Made by a program: the position numbers and the translations under genes. A stretch of 62,946 nt of DNA, filler included, from Octopus bimaculoides (lineage: Eukaryota): NCBI RefSeq assembly GCF_001194135.2. It is 5 parts of 5 records of this genome, joined end to end, with 100 filler letters (N's around TTAATTAATTAA, not from the genome) between each part and the next. Parts side by side here need not be neighbours in the genome. Positions count along the whole stretch, not along the records: positions 27,818 to 55,686 come from NC_068986.1; 4 more parts are not named here. One strand, written 5' to 3'. This document shows positions 36,123 through 50,136 of this stretch, one piece after another (the stretch's first letter is position 1; each line of letters starts with the position of its first letter). A model generated the notes under the pieces. It had not been told where the DNA came from. It saw only the letters and a program-made list of their open reading frames with translations, and made no database searches.

Positions 36123-36586
36123 CTAGTTTCAAAATGACTTCCACTCAGCAATGGCGGAGGCTTTGAAAATTATAACAGTTGTTATCTTTCGTGTATCGAA
36201 TCGCATATTAGTTAGCAAGACAGATTTTATCTTTTCATTGTTTCACTAATTAAACTGAGTCCATACTGGGGCTCTGCATCGAAAACGATCTGTCAAACGA
36301 ATCGACCCCAGTATTTATATTCGTTTACGGCTGGTATTAATTCTATCGATAACTTCTGTCGAACCGCTGATTTTCGATGTGTATCTATGAATTACAAACG
36401 TATCTGGCTTTGGTCGAAGTCACAATCTAACGGTTAGTTACCTTATGTCAAACTATATAGGTTAAGTATTTACTTATAGTTAATAGGTGTTCATGTGCTA
36501 AATATCCACCTGTATTAATGCTGTACCCTTCCTCAGTTCTTTTATTACTTATATGTACATAGCGAATGGGTTTCGAAAATTTACTA

Positions 36587-36965
36587 GCAGGAGTGGCTGT
36601 TTGGTAAGTAGCTTGCTTACCAACCACATAGTTCCGGGTTCAGTCCCAATGCGTGGCATCTTGGACAAGTGTCTTCTGCTATAGCCTCGGGCCGACCAAA
36701 GCCTTGTGAGTGGATTTGGTAGACGGAAACAGAAAGAAGCCTGTCGTATATATGCATATATATGTGTCTGTGTGTCTGTGTTTGTCCCCCATAACATCGC
36801 TTGACATGCGATGCTGGTGTATTTTCGTCCCTGTAATTTAGCGGTTCGGCAAAAAGAGACCGATAGAATAAGTACTACGCTAACAAAGAATAAGTCCTGG
36901 GGCCGATTTACTCGTTTAAAAGTTGGTGCTCCAGCATGGCCGCAATCAAATGACTGAAACACATA
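36587..36965 (+). mobile_element. SINE family A, full length
   Basis: gcaggagtggctgtttggtaag...ggttcagtccc...tail ggtgctccagcatggccgcaatcaaatgactgaaac. Confidence 0.92.
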
Positions 36966-39900
36966 ACAGAAAAAGAGAGAATAGAAATGTAACAGATGAA
37001 AAATATTTGAAGTGCACAGCGCCAACTATTCTTCAGATTCCCAATTTTTGTTGATGACTCTCGTCTAAAATATGTTACAATCTTGTTGTTAATGTACCGT
37101 AAAAAAAAATTAGTGCAATTCGATGGGGCATTATTGTATTTATATAAGTTTATCTCGCATTGTTGGGACAGTGGCATCACTGGTGATTTATATCTACCAA
37201 ATTACCCATTGTTTTCTTGCATTTCTAGTGCCGATAGTTATTCAGATAACCTCTTGTAGAACGTATGCTATCTGTCATTTTTATTGCAACGCAAAGGTTA
37301 AGCGGCTTTTCGGTAGGTCACTATTCTCATTAGCTCAAGTCCTAGAAATTATACAGTATTTCTGCAGTGTTTAGCTCAATGTATTATCCGATATTGAATC
37401 CAATAATTAATGTACTAGAGCATTATTTATTGATTATTCTGTCTATTCCTTTTCTGTATTAACATACGCTACAGCAATAAAAAATTCCTGCGAATGAAAA
37501 ACAAAATAAAAATATTATGAAAAATACAACGAAAGCGCTCCCACAAACGACCACACACACAACAACACCCATGCACATTCATATGTTTAAAAATGCGGAT
37601 AGGTTGTGTTTTTCTGAGTCTATGTGTATCTAGATAATTAAATGTAATTAATGTCTTTTTATTTAAGATTTGCTATCTCAATTATATTTCGCTTTCCTTC
37701 ACAGCGTTGAGTATAGAGAGTAAATAGCGTTTTAAATAAGTCACATCATGTTTAAATATTTCAAATACAAAGTGTCTATTGTGTTGCTCTCTATCAATTA
37801 TGACTACTATTTTAGAATAGCTATCTCTACTGTCAAAATATTTTACTCGTTTTTTCCGTGTCATTTTCTTTCTAAACTCCCTGTTGGTAAAGGCCATTAT
37901 ATGATTGTATTAGTTCAGGTGGTTTATTTAAACTGAAAGTGAAGTCTAACGTTCTTTCAATTTACCTCACTGTATATGTCTGGCAATCAGTAGATTAGTT
38001 TTCTACCCATATCAAACTACCAACTATTAACCTCAGAACGAAGATCAACTTACTGCTAATTTACCCGCACATATACACAACGGACGGGCAGCAGATATAT
38101 TATAACTCCTATCAAAAGGATTTACCCGCAGCTGAAAACTTTATGACCACAACCATAACACGCAATTGCTCAGTCGATATTTGAGTTGTTCGACATCCAT
38201 TGCCAGAGGAATAAGTTCAACTTCTTTATTATTATTTATGCTACATTTTCATAAGTTTCCTCTTCGATCGTCTTCAGGTTCACTGTTTTGAGACTATAAA
38301 CATGAAAGATGGGGTTAAATGTCCATAAACTCAAATGACTGTAAATAAGATATTAATCGCTGAATCTGATCTTCCATATTTTATTTCTTTCTTCTTTCCT
38401 TTCACCTTTGAAGTCTATTCTTAGAACATAAGATATTTGATATATTTTACGCCGAGTTTATTCTTCTAGGGTTTCTCATCACTTTGAACTATGTTATTTA
38501 GTTGCTTATAGTTTCTATATTTCTTATGCTGATCATCTCTCCCTCCCTACACTCCTCTCTCTTCCTCTCTCCCCCTCTCCCTTACTCACTTTGCGTTGAA
38601 CACTACTCCAACAATATTAGTTACAGCGTTAATTCAAAAGCTTACTTCTTTTCGTTCTAGTTAATTCATAATTTAAAACTTCCCTGTCTCTTGCTACACT
38701 GTGTTCATGATTCATTTCTTTCTGAACACTTGGTTTCAGGTATTTGGAATAAACTTCAATAACGGTACAGTGTTTCACTTCATAAAGATATGATGTATCA
38801 CAGTTTATAAAAATGTCAACCAGATCTTTCGAATATAAAATATTTTGTAATCTATCAAGACAAAAGACCCCCATCATGGTTACAAGCATTGTTTTCTTGT
38901 ATGATTAAATAATTGTTATTATCCTGAATAAAATTGCACGAGAAAAATCAGTCACTTTGGAGTGATAATTCAAAATTTTCGGGTCAGTCATTAAGGAAAT
39001 GGATCTCCAACAAAGGAATATGGAATGAAATACCAATAACTCGTGCTATCTTTAAAAATATGTTAAAAAAGTTACACTACATTGTCCTCACGCATACGGA
39101 GACTGTACCAACAAAGAAATCAGTATGCCATCACTTGAACTGATAGAAAATGCTGTCAAATTTCCCGACAAATTGAACAATACTGAATAAATAGAGAAAG
39201 CGATATAATGGGCAATCTCTTCTAAAATAAAACTGAATTGTGGTGGAAGAAAGGTGTTTATGCATAGTTCATCTCTATAGAGTAATACAAGGTGTATTCC
39301 ACAACATATTTTAATTTCAATGAAGTACACATCGCTAATCTCATTTCAAGTAGGATCATCTGTGTTCAATGCACATGTAGCATTTCAACTGCTATACCGT
39401 TCCATGTGTAGAGTTCCACTTGCTCTAGCGTACCGTCTCTGAATATCTTGCGCCAAAGAGAAAGTTAATCAATAAGCAGACGGAAGCATTTCATAAGTTT
39501 CTGTGGTGTTTTTCCACAGTTTACTAAAAAAAACTTTATAGCATAGCAAACCTTCAAACATACAAACTAGTAAACTGCGATAAATACCATTTCACATGTT
39601 GTGTTTAAAGTGGAGTTGCATGCATAACCTTGAATCTGCATCAACGGAAGCTAGCACGTCAACTTATTATAATTGATTCTCCTAAAACAACCGCAAAACT
39701 TTTTGGGGTGCACATCGTAACTCAGTGTAATTACTGTCCGTAATTTCCGCTGAAACTAAGAACTTAGAAAAAGAATGTTGAAATTAATGATATCCTAATA
39801 AGCAAGAAACGAGATATTCATAGCTGGGCTGTTCTTATCAGGGTACAGTTCCAGAAAACTTGTTAACATAAACATCGTATTATTATTATAAGATATTATA

Positions 39901-41470
39901 GAGAAATTGCATTAATTGAACTTCATGGAAAATGTGTTATATATATATATATATATATATATATATNNNNNNNNNNNNNNNNNNNNNNNNNNNNNNNNNN
40001 NNNNNNNNNNNNNNNNNNNNNNNNNNNNNNNNNNNNNNNNNNNNNNNNNNNNNNNNNNNNNNNNNNNNNNNNNNNNNNNNNNNNNNNNNNNNNNNNNNNN
40101 NNNNNNNNNNNNNNNNNNNNNNNNNNNNNNNNNNNNNNNNNNNNNNNNNNNNNNNNNNNNNNNNNNNNNNNNNNNNNNNNNNNNNNNNNNNNNNNNNNNN
40201 NNNNNNNNNNNNNNNNNNNNNNNNNNNNNNNNNNNNNNNNNNNNNNNNNNNNNNNNNNNNNNNNNNNNNNNNNNNNNNNNNNNNNNNNNNNNNNNNNNNN
40301 NNNNNNNNNNNNNNNNNNNNNNNNNNNNNNNNNNNNNNNNNNNNNNNNNNNNNNNNNNNNNNNNNNNNNNNNNNNNNNNNNNNNNNNNNNNNNNNNNNNN
40401 NNNNNNNNNNNNNNNNNNNNNNNNNNNNNNNNNNNNNNNNNNNNNNNNNNNNNNNNNNNNNNNNNNNNNNNNNNNNNNNNNNNNNNNNNNNNNNNNNNNN
40501 NNNNNNNNNNNNNNNNNNNNNNNNNNNNNNNNNNNNNNNNNNNNNNNNNNNNNNNNNNNNNNNNNNNNNNNNNNNNNNNNNNNNNNNNNNNNNNNNNNNN
40601 NNNNNNNNNNNNTATATATAATTACATAAGTAGATACACACAAATACACAAACACACATATCTTGAATGTGCTTCTGCTTTAAAGATGTGGTCATGCTGG
40701 GGTACCACTGTTTGCAGTGCTGCATCATAACTTGAAATTTCCTCTAATATGCGGCATTTTTTAATGAAGGCGTTTGTTGCCACCTCTCTCTCGCACACAC
40801 ACACACACACACACATATATACATATATATATTAAATTAGACCTATTAATATAAGTATTTATATATAAATGTATTTATATATAAATATTAATCATCTGAC
40901 AATCTGCAACGTTTGCTTTCTCTTGTTTTGAATATATCTAATATATTTGATATATCTAATTTGTTTATCAACGTAATTGCCTATAAGTTGCCCACCTGCA
41001 TATAAACACATAATCAATCAAATGGAATGTTATTTGATGATTAATGTAATACACACTATCGAATGAAACCTGGCCCATAAAATCAAAAAGGCAGAAAGAC
41101 AAATATACGCACAAGGGTACTTATAGATGTTTCCGATCTAGTTTGGATACTTTGCCATCAAATTTGTATTCTTTTCAGTCAAACAGGCATTCGCTGAAGT
41201 GTTGCAAACAGTAGAAAGTAAGAGTCATCATCGTCGAAATATTATTTGATGTCCACAAATCGATTCGAAGCTAGTTTCTCGAAACTGGCTCCCATATTCT
41301 TTTCCACCCTAGGCAGAAGGCCGGACCCCATATCGATATGGGACCTCACTTACTGGATTGACTGAGTAATATTCACCGTTAAGTTCATTTCAGATTCATC
41401 ACCGCTGTTTTAAACTATTTTCCATTCCAATGGATAAATGTGTGTGCGCATTCACGTGTGGGCATGCATG

Positions 41471-41517
<47 letters not shown>

Positions 41518-41860
41518 ATTTGCATGTGTGTGTGTGCGTGTGAGCGCGCATGTGTGCGTGTGTGTGTCTACACATATATCCAGAAACACGTATAATAGAC
41601 AAAGGTTGACTGAAATACATTAAAATAAATAGAAAATCCGGTATGTTTGCTACAGTTAAAGAGAGGACACGCAGATCTGAAGAATTTCTTTTTCGTACAT
41701 TAAATTAATAAGAAACACCTGGCCAACGTTGCATTTATTGATGTGATATTTAATACACTAATTCAATATTAATTAACTTCCTCTACTTAAGAAATCAATT
41801 AAAATAACAACCATATTAATTAGAATTTACTGTGATATATGCAATATATACATATAGTTT

Positions 41861-41901
<41 letters not shown>

Positions 41902-43831
41902 ATACATACATACATACATACATACATATATTCATACATATNNNNNNNNNNNNNNNNNNNNNNNNNNNNNNNNNNNNNNNNNNNNNNNNNNNNNNNNNNN
42001 NNNNNNNNNNNNNNNNNNNNNNNNNNNNNNNNNNNNNNNNNNNNNNNNNNNNNNNNNNNNNNNNNNNNNNNNNNNNNNNNNNNNNNNNNNNNNNNNNNNN
42101 NNNNNNNNNNNNNNNNNNNNNNNNNNNNNNNNNNNNNNNNATATAGTTGGTTTCTAACACGTGTATAATATCTATGTAGTTGTCGGTGCTCTTATATTTC
42201 GCATGCGTTGAATGTAGTGAGAAATCTCTCCTAAAGAAACATGTGTAAAAATATACAAAACACGAACGTTAACGCATAGACAAATAGTTAAGTTATGACT
42301 TTAGAATATTGTAGCAGAGAACGTTCGTTTTATATTCTAAATATTCAGTTACTTCGTGATCTCTTTGAATTAATATCACATTTTGTTAGATGTTCAATCC
42401 CATTGAAATTATTTCTGCTTAAACATGTTTCTAACAGATCCGTATCGTAAGGGATATCAATGCAAACTCTGTCTTTCTTAATGCTGCGAAGTGATCCTTT
42501 CTCTCTTGTGGTTTAGCACCCTCATACATTGTTCGTTTTACTCTGTAATTCCTACCTTTTGAGAAATACGTTTCCCGAAAAATCCTATGCTATTTGTAAC
42601 TGAGACATATGCCTTCGTTCACTGAGCCTGTTTCATTGGTCTCGTTGCATCTGGGCCTGTCACGGTTGATCTATCATGTGGACACTCATTACCTCAACTG
42701 GAGGTGCAATAAATTAATTTCTATTTCGTTTTTGTAAAACTATGATTATGCAGTGAAGTGAAGCCGGTTGCTTCGACGTTCTATTTGAAGTTTGATGGCG
42801 TTAAGGATATTCATTTGTACCGTTCATTATTCTGATATTCTCTCAAGGGACTTAGAATAAAGGCATTGTGCAGATATTTCCAAAGTGGTGTGGTATGTTT
42901 TCGGAATTGTAATTCACGGTGTTGTGTGTATCGATTTGTGTCTAATATTTCTTCTTGTTGTAAATCAAGAGACCTTATATAAACTCCCTTATCGACTGGA
43001 CTTTTGCCCAAAAAACAATCTTAACGGTAGTCATTTATATTTCTAGTTAGAGAAACTAAACATTAATATGATAGATTAGCATTGTTTTTCTTGCTTTTAT
43101 ATACGTTGTTATAAGCATCGATGCCGTCTTCGTTATTGCAGATCCTCGGTGGATCTCATTCAACTGATCTCTGATGAAATACATGCTAGCAAGAAACATT
43201 GTGTTTGTCAATAAATTGCGCTACACTGCCCCATCTACATTTTGTTTACTACAGACCAATATCTGATAAAACCGTTCCATTTAAGACCATTTCACATTAT
43301 TTTCTCACAATATCCAATATGTCGTATATTCGTTTTTAAGTTAATATGATCTTCTAGAGACGAATATATTTGATATTTCTAGTAAATTTGGCAATAAAGC
43401 AAGCAGTCTCACTGATGCCTGATTTTATGGATGATGTTGATGATGGTTCATTTCTCTTCTCATCACCCGTATTAACATTACATCCGTTAATGTTAGCTTG
43501 TATCTTGTTTGCATAATATGTGTGTTATTCTCTCATTGTTGTCAATACTCTTATTACTTGTCATGATGTTTCCGTCATTATTCCAATTACCACAGCAGCC
43601 AACACCCATATTTTTCTATTTTGTACTGGTACGTATTATTTAATGATTTGCGTCATAACGGTCCTAGCAACACAAATCTACGGGAAGAGCTGTTGTAGTG
43701 TATACAATTATATCTAGATGAAGAAATATTTCATCGAATAGCGAAAACGGTCAGAGTGATTTAACTTTCAATCCAATTCCTCGTGCATTTCAATATTTAG
43801 GAATGAGAAACCAGGTTCGAAATTTCCCCAA

Positions 43832-43877
43832 GACACCTGATGAAGGCTGGAGGGTATATCAGCCGAAACGCTGTGTT
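43832..43877 (+). ncRNA. Type-I minimal hammerhead ribozyme motif
   Basis: GACAC CTGATGA A GGCTG-GAGGGTATAT-CAGCC GAAA CG C T GTGTT: stem I GACAC/GTGTT, intact CUGAUGA and GAAA, 5-bp stem II. Position 16.1 is C instead of U. Confidence 0.8.
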
Positions 43878-44841
43878 AACAAGGAACAAGATGAGGACAA
43901 ATATCCGTCAATTGTAAATAATGAAAATAATCAGCAAATTCTCGTGGTAACTACTACAAGTCGTTACACTGTAGAACTCAGATGTCTTTTCATTTATTCT
44001 AGTTAGCAATCCACGGCGTTGAATAAGAGGAAATGTTGAAGCTGTAAATGGTGTGTTTTTACAGTGTCTGTCGCATTTCTTGGCATTCTGAGAGAAGATG
44101 ACCTATGGCACTATTGCCAAGCTGTACCCGTTTTGTCTTATTCTTGATCGGTAATTGTGACATAGTGTAGTGACACTTGAATAAAATGGGTGATTGATCA
44201 TCATGAACAAAAAAATCTCCATGTCTTCTGTTTGTAAAGTATCTATTTATAAGCAGATAACAGTGGACAGTAGTGATCGAAGAAGTTCTGAAAGGTATTT
44301 CCTGTTTAGGATAGTGAAAACATTTCCGAGGAAGGTTTGAAAAGGATCACCAATTCATCAAGCGACTAAAGTTTGAGAGTCTTTGATTATAGAAAGTATA
44401 ATACTTTCCAGATCTCTTTGGTAGACACAGCTGACATGAAATATACGTCAAGTAACAATATGGTTGTTGTTAGTGTTACTATTGTTGATTTAGGTGCTGA
44501 AAAAGCAATCTATTAATTTGCAATATGCCTGAAATATATTTTCTCTTAATACACAATTTTACAGTGAAAATGTTTCCTCTGCCCTATGAAATTTAAAGCT
44601 GCCGTTGATTTGGTTAAGTAAACATTAACAGTCTTTTACCAATTTCAGGCTCCGATACGCTTTATTTTAGTTTATTTTTTCAATCCTTTCACAGTATTTT
44701 TTATGATTAATTTATTTATTCTTTATATTTTTGGAAACAATAATGCTGTAATTGATACAACTGTAAGTAACGGTTGCCCACTAGAAAAAAAATCCTTCTT
44801 GATAAATGAACATGCTTTTGCTGCTGCGTCTACTGACACTC

Positions 44842-44874
44842 CTCCTCCTCCTCCTCCTCCTCCTCCTCCCCCCA

Positions 44875-44970
<96 letters not shown>

Positions 44971-45062
44971 TAGTAATTAGAAGAAGAAGAAGAAGAAGAA
45001 GAAGAAGAAGAAGAAGAAGAAGAAGAAGAAGAAGAAGACGAAAAAACAACAACAACAACAAG
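44842..45062 (+). repeat. Compound microsatellite (CCT)(ACT)(AAT)(AAG)(AAC)
   Basis: Read directly. Confidence 0.97.
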
Positions 45063-45065
45063 AAG

Positions 45066-45925
45066 CTGTAACAAATGAAATCCAAACTAAAACTAGAGCA
45101 CAACAGATCACGATCAAACGATTGCAAGGAAAGCCTCTTCATGGCAAATTCTTGGTTAAACTAAACAGAAAAGAAATAGACAAAACAAAATCCCAACAAC
45201 GGCTGAGGAGTTTAGGACTCAAAGTTGAGACTGAAGGATTTTTAATTGTAGAATAAGAACAAAACCTCCTTTCCATAAGCATATAATGAAAAGAAGTAAC
45301 TGCAGAATATGTGCAGATGGAGAAGAATAAACGAATTGTCTCTGGATGCCAAGTCGTGGCTAAGAAGGAATATTTTCACATACATGACAAAACTGGGATC
45401 TATATACACTTTACATACTATAGGCACACGCGACAAAAAATTACTGAAAATGAGAAAGCAAACAGACTGTGAAATATGCCAATGCACACATATAGAGAAA
45501 TAAAGGCTAATAGGTCGGATACAGTTGTCAGAGAATCATCAGGAAAACCATATGTTTTTTAATTGATGTATCAATACCGGCAGATGACAACTTTATTCGA
45601 AAATAAATGGAGAAACTTTCAAAATACAAAGACCCGGAAATAGAGGCAACTCAAATGTGGAATCTAAAAGCAGAAACAATTTCTATCATAGCAGGCGCCT
45701 TAGGTATGATAAAAGAAATTTCAGCCAGACACATAGTAATAACACCAGGACATACAAATATATGTAACTTACAGAAAATTGTACTATTGCACACTGCACA
45801 CATCCTATAGAAAACACTTTCAATACAGAAAATATAAGAAAAAAAAAAAACACATGAAACACCCAAAGCACACAGTGATGCACTGGGCAGTGCAGTGAAA
45901 GCTCGTGATAAAGATAAGACTGCTG
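45066..45925 (+). mobile_element. RLE-type non-LTR retrotransposon (R4/Dong-like), 5'-truncated and decayed
   Basis: KPLHGKF...LRSLGLKVETEGFL, NCRICADG, NRSDTVVR...FLIDVSIPADD...EKLSKYKD...WNLKAETISIIAGALG. The 3' end runs into (AAT)n-(GAT)n at 45926-46020. Confidence 0.9.
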
Positions 45926-45965
45926 AATAATAATAACAATAATGATAATAATAATAATAATAATA

Positions 45966-46018
<53 letters not shown>

Positions 46019-46249
46019 AACAATACAAGTAGTAGTANNNNNNNNNNACATCTATCCATCTATACACACATACATACATACATGCATACATACATACATA
46101 CATACATACATGCATGCATACATACATATATGCATACATATATAACCAAATTAGCCGAATCTAATACGTCATTTCAATAATTAACTGGAAAGAAAACACT
46201 TTTGAATAAGCGTCAAAGTGATATTCTTGCTGATGTTGCACCGACAACG

Positions 46250-47450
46250 CCCAAAGATATTAACAACGATATCAGGAAATTAAGTCCAAGTTATGAAAAG
46301 TGAAACACGTGATCGTAGATAGTACAATTTATGCTGGACATTTCTTACTAAACACTGCCGAAAAGCAACATGAAAGATATTCGCGGAAAAGTACACATAA
46401 CCTGGCTAAATGTATGCAAATCATTCGTTAGCTTCAATTTTTTTTTTCTTTTTGCTTTTCTGTCAGTTGCCATCGTTATATACAGATAACAGAATGGTGA
46501 AGCGATTTTCTGAGATTGTAAATTAGGAAGGAGCAAGAAATACTTTTTTTTTCTTCATCTTCGAAATGTCAATTCTTTTCACATACTTAAACGACAAGGA
46601 ATTAACTGTTCTAGTGTATAAGATGGATACATTTACGAAAAAGAATTCCTGAGAATGATCGTCGTAAACGGTATAAATTGAATTATGTATCACAGAAGAA
46701 GACTCGAACACAGAGTTCATTCAGACAGCGTTACGGAGTCTTCTTATAAAAAGAAGTTTTATTAGAAGCGGACTACTTTAACCAATGCTTTCTTCGTCTA
46801 ATTCATAGATTTTTTTATTGCATGAGGCTTAGAATCATGTGGTATTTTCATCAAAGTGGTGATACACACAATGGATGCTTTCTTAAGGTAGTTGAACGTT
46901 CGTAACATTGGGATCCGTATGTGAAGACTATGTCAGGAAGGTCAAAGAAATCCAGGAAAAGTAAGCTGGTGTATCTATATTATTTGCCATTTGAATCACA
47001 GAATACATTTATTTCTCTTTACTTCAATCGCACTTTGAATCACGCACCGAAGGATCAAAGGAAAAATGCTATTCAGTGAGTGTTCATGCTACACCTGTAC
47101 ATATTGTACAGACATTTATCATAACGTATGTTCAAAGCATCTACTTTCAGTTTATGATTTTAAGGGAGATAAAAAACTTCTAGTGATTTGTGAAAATAAA
47201 TTCTGACGTTGCAACTCGTTTAAAAGAACCATTGAATGAAGCGGTATTCGCAAGGGAGAATGCTGTAGTCAGTGATATGATATCGGTGCCAAAATAGCAA
47301 AAAGAAAGGTCTTCAAAAGATATTAATAAAATGGCCCACGATATCCTTCTCACGTTTCAGATGCAGCATATTAAATAATTGTGTCAGGGATTCCACAGAG
47401 TACTTTATTGAAAGTGTTACCTTTTTTTTCTCAAAATAAAGAAAACGTTA
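46250..47450 (+). mobile_element. hAT-superfamily transposase remnant
   Basis: NGCFLKVVERS*HWDPYVK (WDP at 46909-46917) resembles NGNFLxLxELLAxWDPxL; downstream remnants resemble YSV.V..TP and YDxGA. Many stops and frameshifts. Confidence 0.65.
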
Positions 47451-48156
47451 AATATTTTTCTGAGAATCAAAAAAATGTAGCAAATAATTTCATACACATA
47501 GTCTGCCAATGAAAGCATCTTATATCACTTACTCTGCTTTAAAAGCTATTCTAGAGGATGGAATAATTATTCATAGAATCTTAATAGTATCTAACTGACT
47601 CGTGCAGAATATTCGGAAGCTAAATCTAATTCCTAAGAGCAGGAGTGAAATAACGCACCAATTAAATACAGATCTTTTTCTAGCTGCACTTACATATTAC
47701 TTATCTGGTTCAATACTTCTGCACACGCTGCCATCTGAGTAACTTAAATTCGATGCAGTGAGCAGAAAGAAAGCATGTATTTACTTATCAGTAATTTCAA
47801 GTAAATCTATATGTAAATGGGCTGAAGTCAAATGATGAATGGACGGAAGAAACCTTCATACGTAATTACCATAGCATATTTAAATACATGTTAGCATGAA
47901 GGCACTCTTCAGCAGTCATCTTACGCATTCTTATAAATGCGTCAACGAAATTAAGGTACGTAGAAGAAAAGGAAAAATTATAAGTAGATGAAAGTGGAAA
48001 ATAAATAGGTAACAAAAAAGGGGTCTCCATGTAAAAGCATGGAGAAAGACAAAGAAAGATAGCAGAATGGTTAAGAAATATATATAAGGTACGTTATTAT
48101 TGAGAAAAAGAACAGAAAATTGCGGAAGGAAGAAAAGAAAGAGATATAGAAAGGAT

Positions 48157-48193
<37 letters not shown>

Positions 48194-48807
48194 NNNNNNN
48201 NNNNNNNNNNNNNNNNNNNNNNNNNNNNNNNNNNNNNNNNNNNNNNNNNNNNNNNNNNNNNNNNNNNNNNNNNNNNNNNNNNNNNNNNNNNNNNNNNNNN
48301 NNNNNNNNNNNNNNNNNNNNNNNNNNNNNNNNNNNNNNNNNNNNNNNNNNNNNNNNNNNNNNNNNNNNNNNNNNNNNNNNNNNNNNNNNNNNNNNNNNNN
48401 NNNNNNNNNNNNNNNNNNNNNNNNNNNNNNNNNNNNNNNNNNNNNNNNNNNNNNNNNNNNNNNNNNNNNNNNNNNNNNNNNNNNNNNNNNNNNNNNNNNN
48501 NNNNNNNNNNNNNNNNNNNNNNNNNNNNNNNNNNNNNNNNNNNNNNNNNNNNNNNNNNNNNNNNNNNNNNNNNNNNNNNNNNNNNNNNNNNNNNNNNNNN
48601 NNNNNNNNNNNNNNNNNNNNNNNNNNNNNNNNNNNNNNNNNNNNNNNNNNNNNNNNNNNNNNNNNNNNNNNNTATATATATATATATATACATATGATTA
48701 TATATATATTCATAAATACATATATAAGCGTGTGTCTGTGTGGTGTATGTGCGGTGTATGTGTGGTTGTGTTTCAGTGTGGGCATTTGTGTACGCGTGGG
48801 TGTGGGT

Positions 48808-48841
<34 letters not shown>

Positions 48842-49329
48842 TAGGAGTGATCTACCTTCTAATAAAAAAATACTTGAAATAAAACGGTTTTGAAGAAAAA
48901 TCATTATGACGTTTTCGATAATGGTTCATCTGAAATTGCGAAAGAAGTCAACCAGTATATTTTGCATTTAAAACCATGGTATAGGAAGACCCAGATTATG
49001 TGATTGATATAAAAAAGTTAGTACTGAGATACACTGAACACAAACATTTGAAATACATACTCATAAAGTACATGTAACCTTACCAACATATAGTTAATGA
49101 AGTGAGAGCATCTATTGTAGTCCAGTTGGCATTTCTATATACAGAAAACAAAACGATGAAGTGCATCTGAAGGATTGTATACAGAAGAAACACTTTATTT
49201 TGTTGACCTAGTAGAGCAAAGGTGAATTCATTTCGGAGATATAGGCAAGAAAGAATTAAATGGTTTACAATAGAAAATTTAGAAATTAGGAAAGTGTACT
49301 ATTAAGTATGATCGTTTTAAACACCATAA

Positions 49330-50100
49330 ATTGAATTAACTACCCGACAGAGAGCTCGAACAATCAGTTGATTCAGAAGCCTTCGAATATATATATTTTT
49401 TTTGGCAAAAATATTATACCAGATGAATGGGGGCTGATATGTGTAATATCTTCACTGTCTAATTCACAGATTATTTTCGATGGAATGGAGGTTAGAGAAC
49501 TGTGGTATTTTCATTTGAATTGCGATGCACAAAATAGTAGCTTTCTTAGGGTAGTTGAACTTCTGTACCTTTGGGATCCGTATCTGAAACCCATGTCAGA
49601 AAGGTGAAAAAACGCTAGCAAAAACTAGCAAATTAAATATTTGTAACTATATTATTTGTTAACTGAATCATACGATATACATTTATTTCTCAATGCTTCG
49701 ATCTCATTTTGAAACAGTCTCAGAAAAATCTAAAGGATTGTAATAGTTGATGTGCATGTTGAATATGTATTTATCATAACCTACGTTCAAAACCATTTAT
49801 TTTACATTATTATTTAAGGGAGATAACTATAGTCTGAAGCTCTGGACACAAATACTGACGTTGCAGGCGTTCTAGAATAAGCTTTCAATAAAATGGCATT
49901 CACATGGAAGACTGTTTTGATATCGGCGCCACAAAGGAAGGAAAGTTGGAGGGATTTCAAAAGATATTAATAAAATCTACTTTCTATATTCTCACTTTGT
50001 GAAACCTGCATGTTCGTAGAATATGCATGTCGAAGAATCAGCAGAATATTGTACTGAACAAGTTTTTTTTAAGAATTAAGAAAATATTTTTAATATTTGT
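49330..50100 (+). mobile_element. Second hAT transposase remnant, diverged paralog of 46250-47450
   Basis: NSSFLRVVELLYLWDPYLK (WDP at 49572-49580). DNA similarity to ~46780-47450 continues downstream. Confidence 0.7.
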
Positions 50101-50136
50101 CTTTAATATTTGTTTTACAGTCGACAAATATAGCAG

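Noticed and set aside
38740-39330. Stop-riddled protein-like stretch (LWSDN...G.S..W..KGIWN), possibly an L1/Tx1 ORF2 remnant
   Set aside because: Only a loose motif resemblance; no RT or endonuclease motif found.
41326-41341. 16-bp palindrome CCCATATCGATATGGG
   Set aside because: Sits in what looks like a decayed SINE B' tail region; isolated palindromes are expected by chance.
43145-43190. CTGATGA...GAAA hammerhead-like spacing
   Set aside because: Stems I and II do not pair at the core junctions.
44065-44150. Plus-strand exon-like SVAFLGILREDDLWHYCQAV
   Set aside because: All frames hit a stop before the only good donor, and there is no supporting neighbouring exon.
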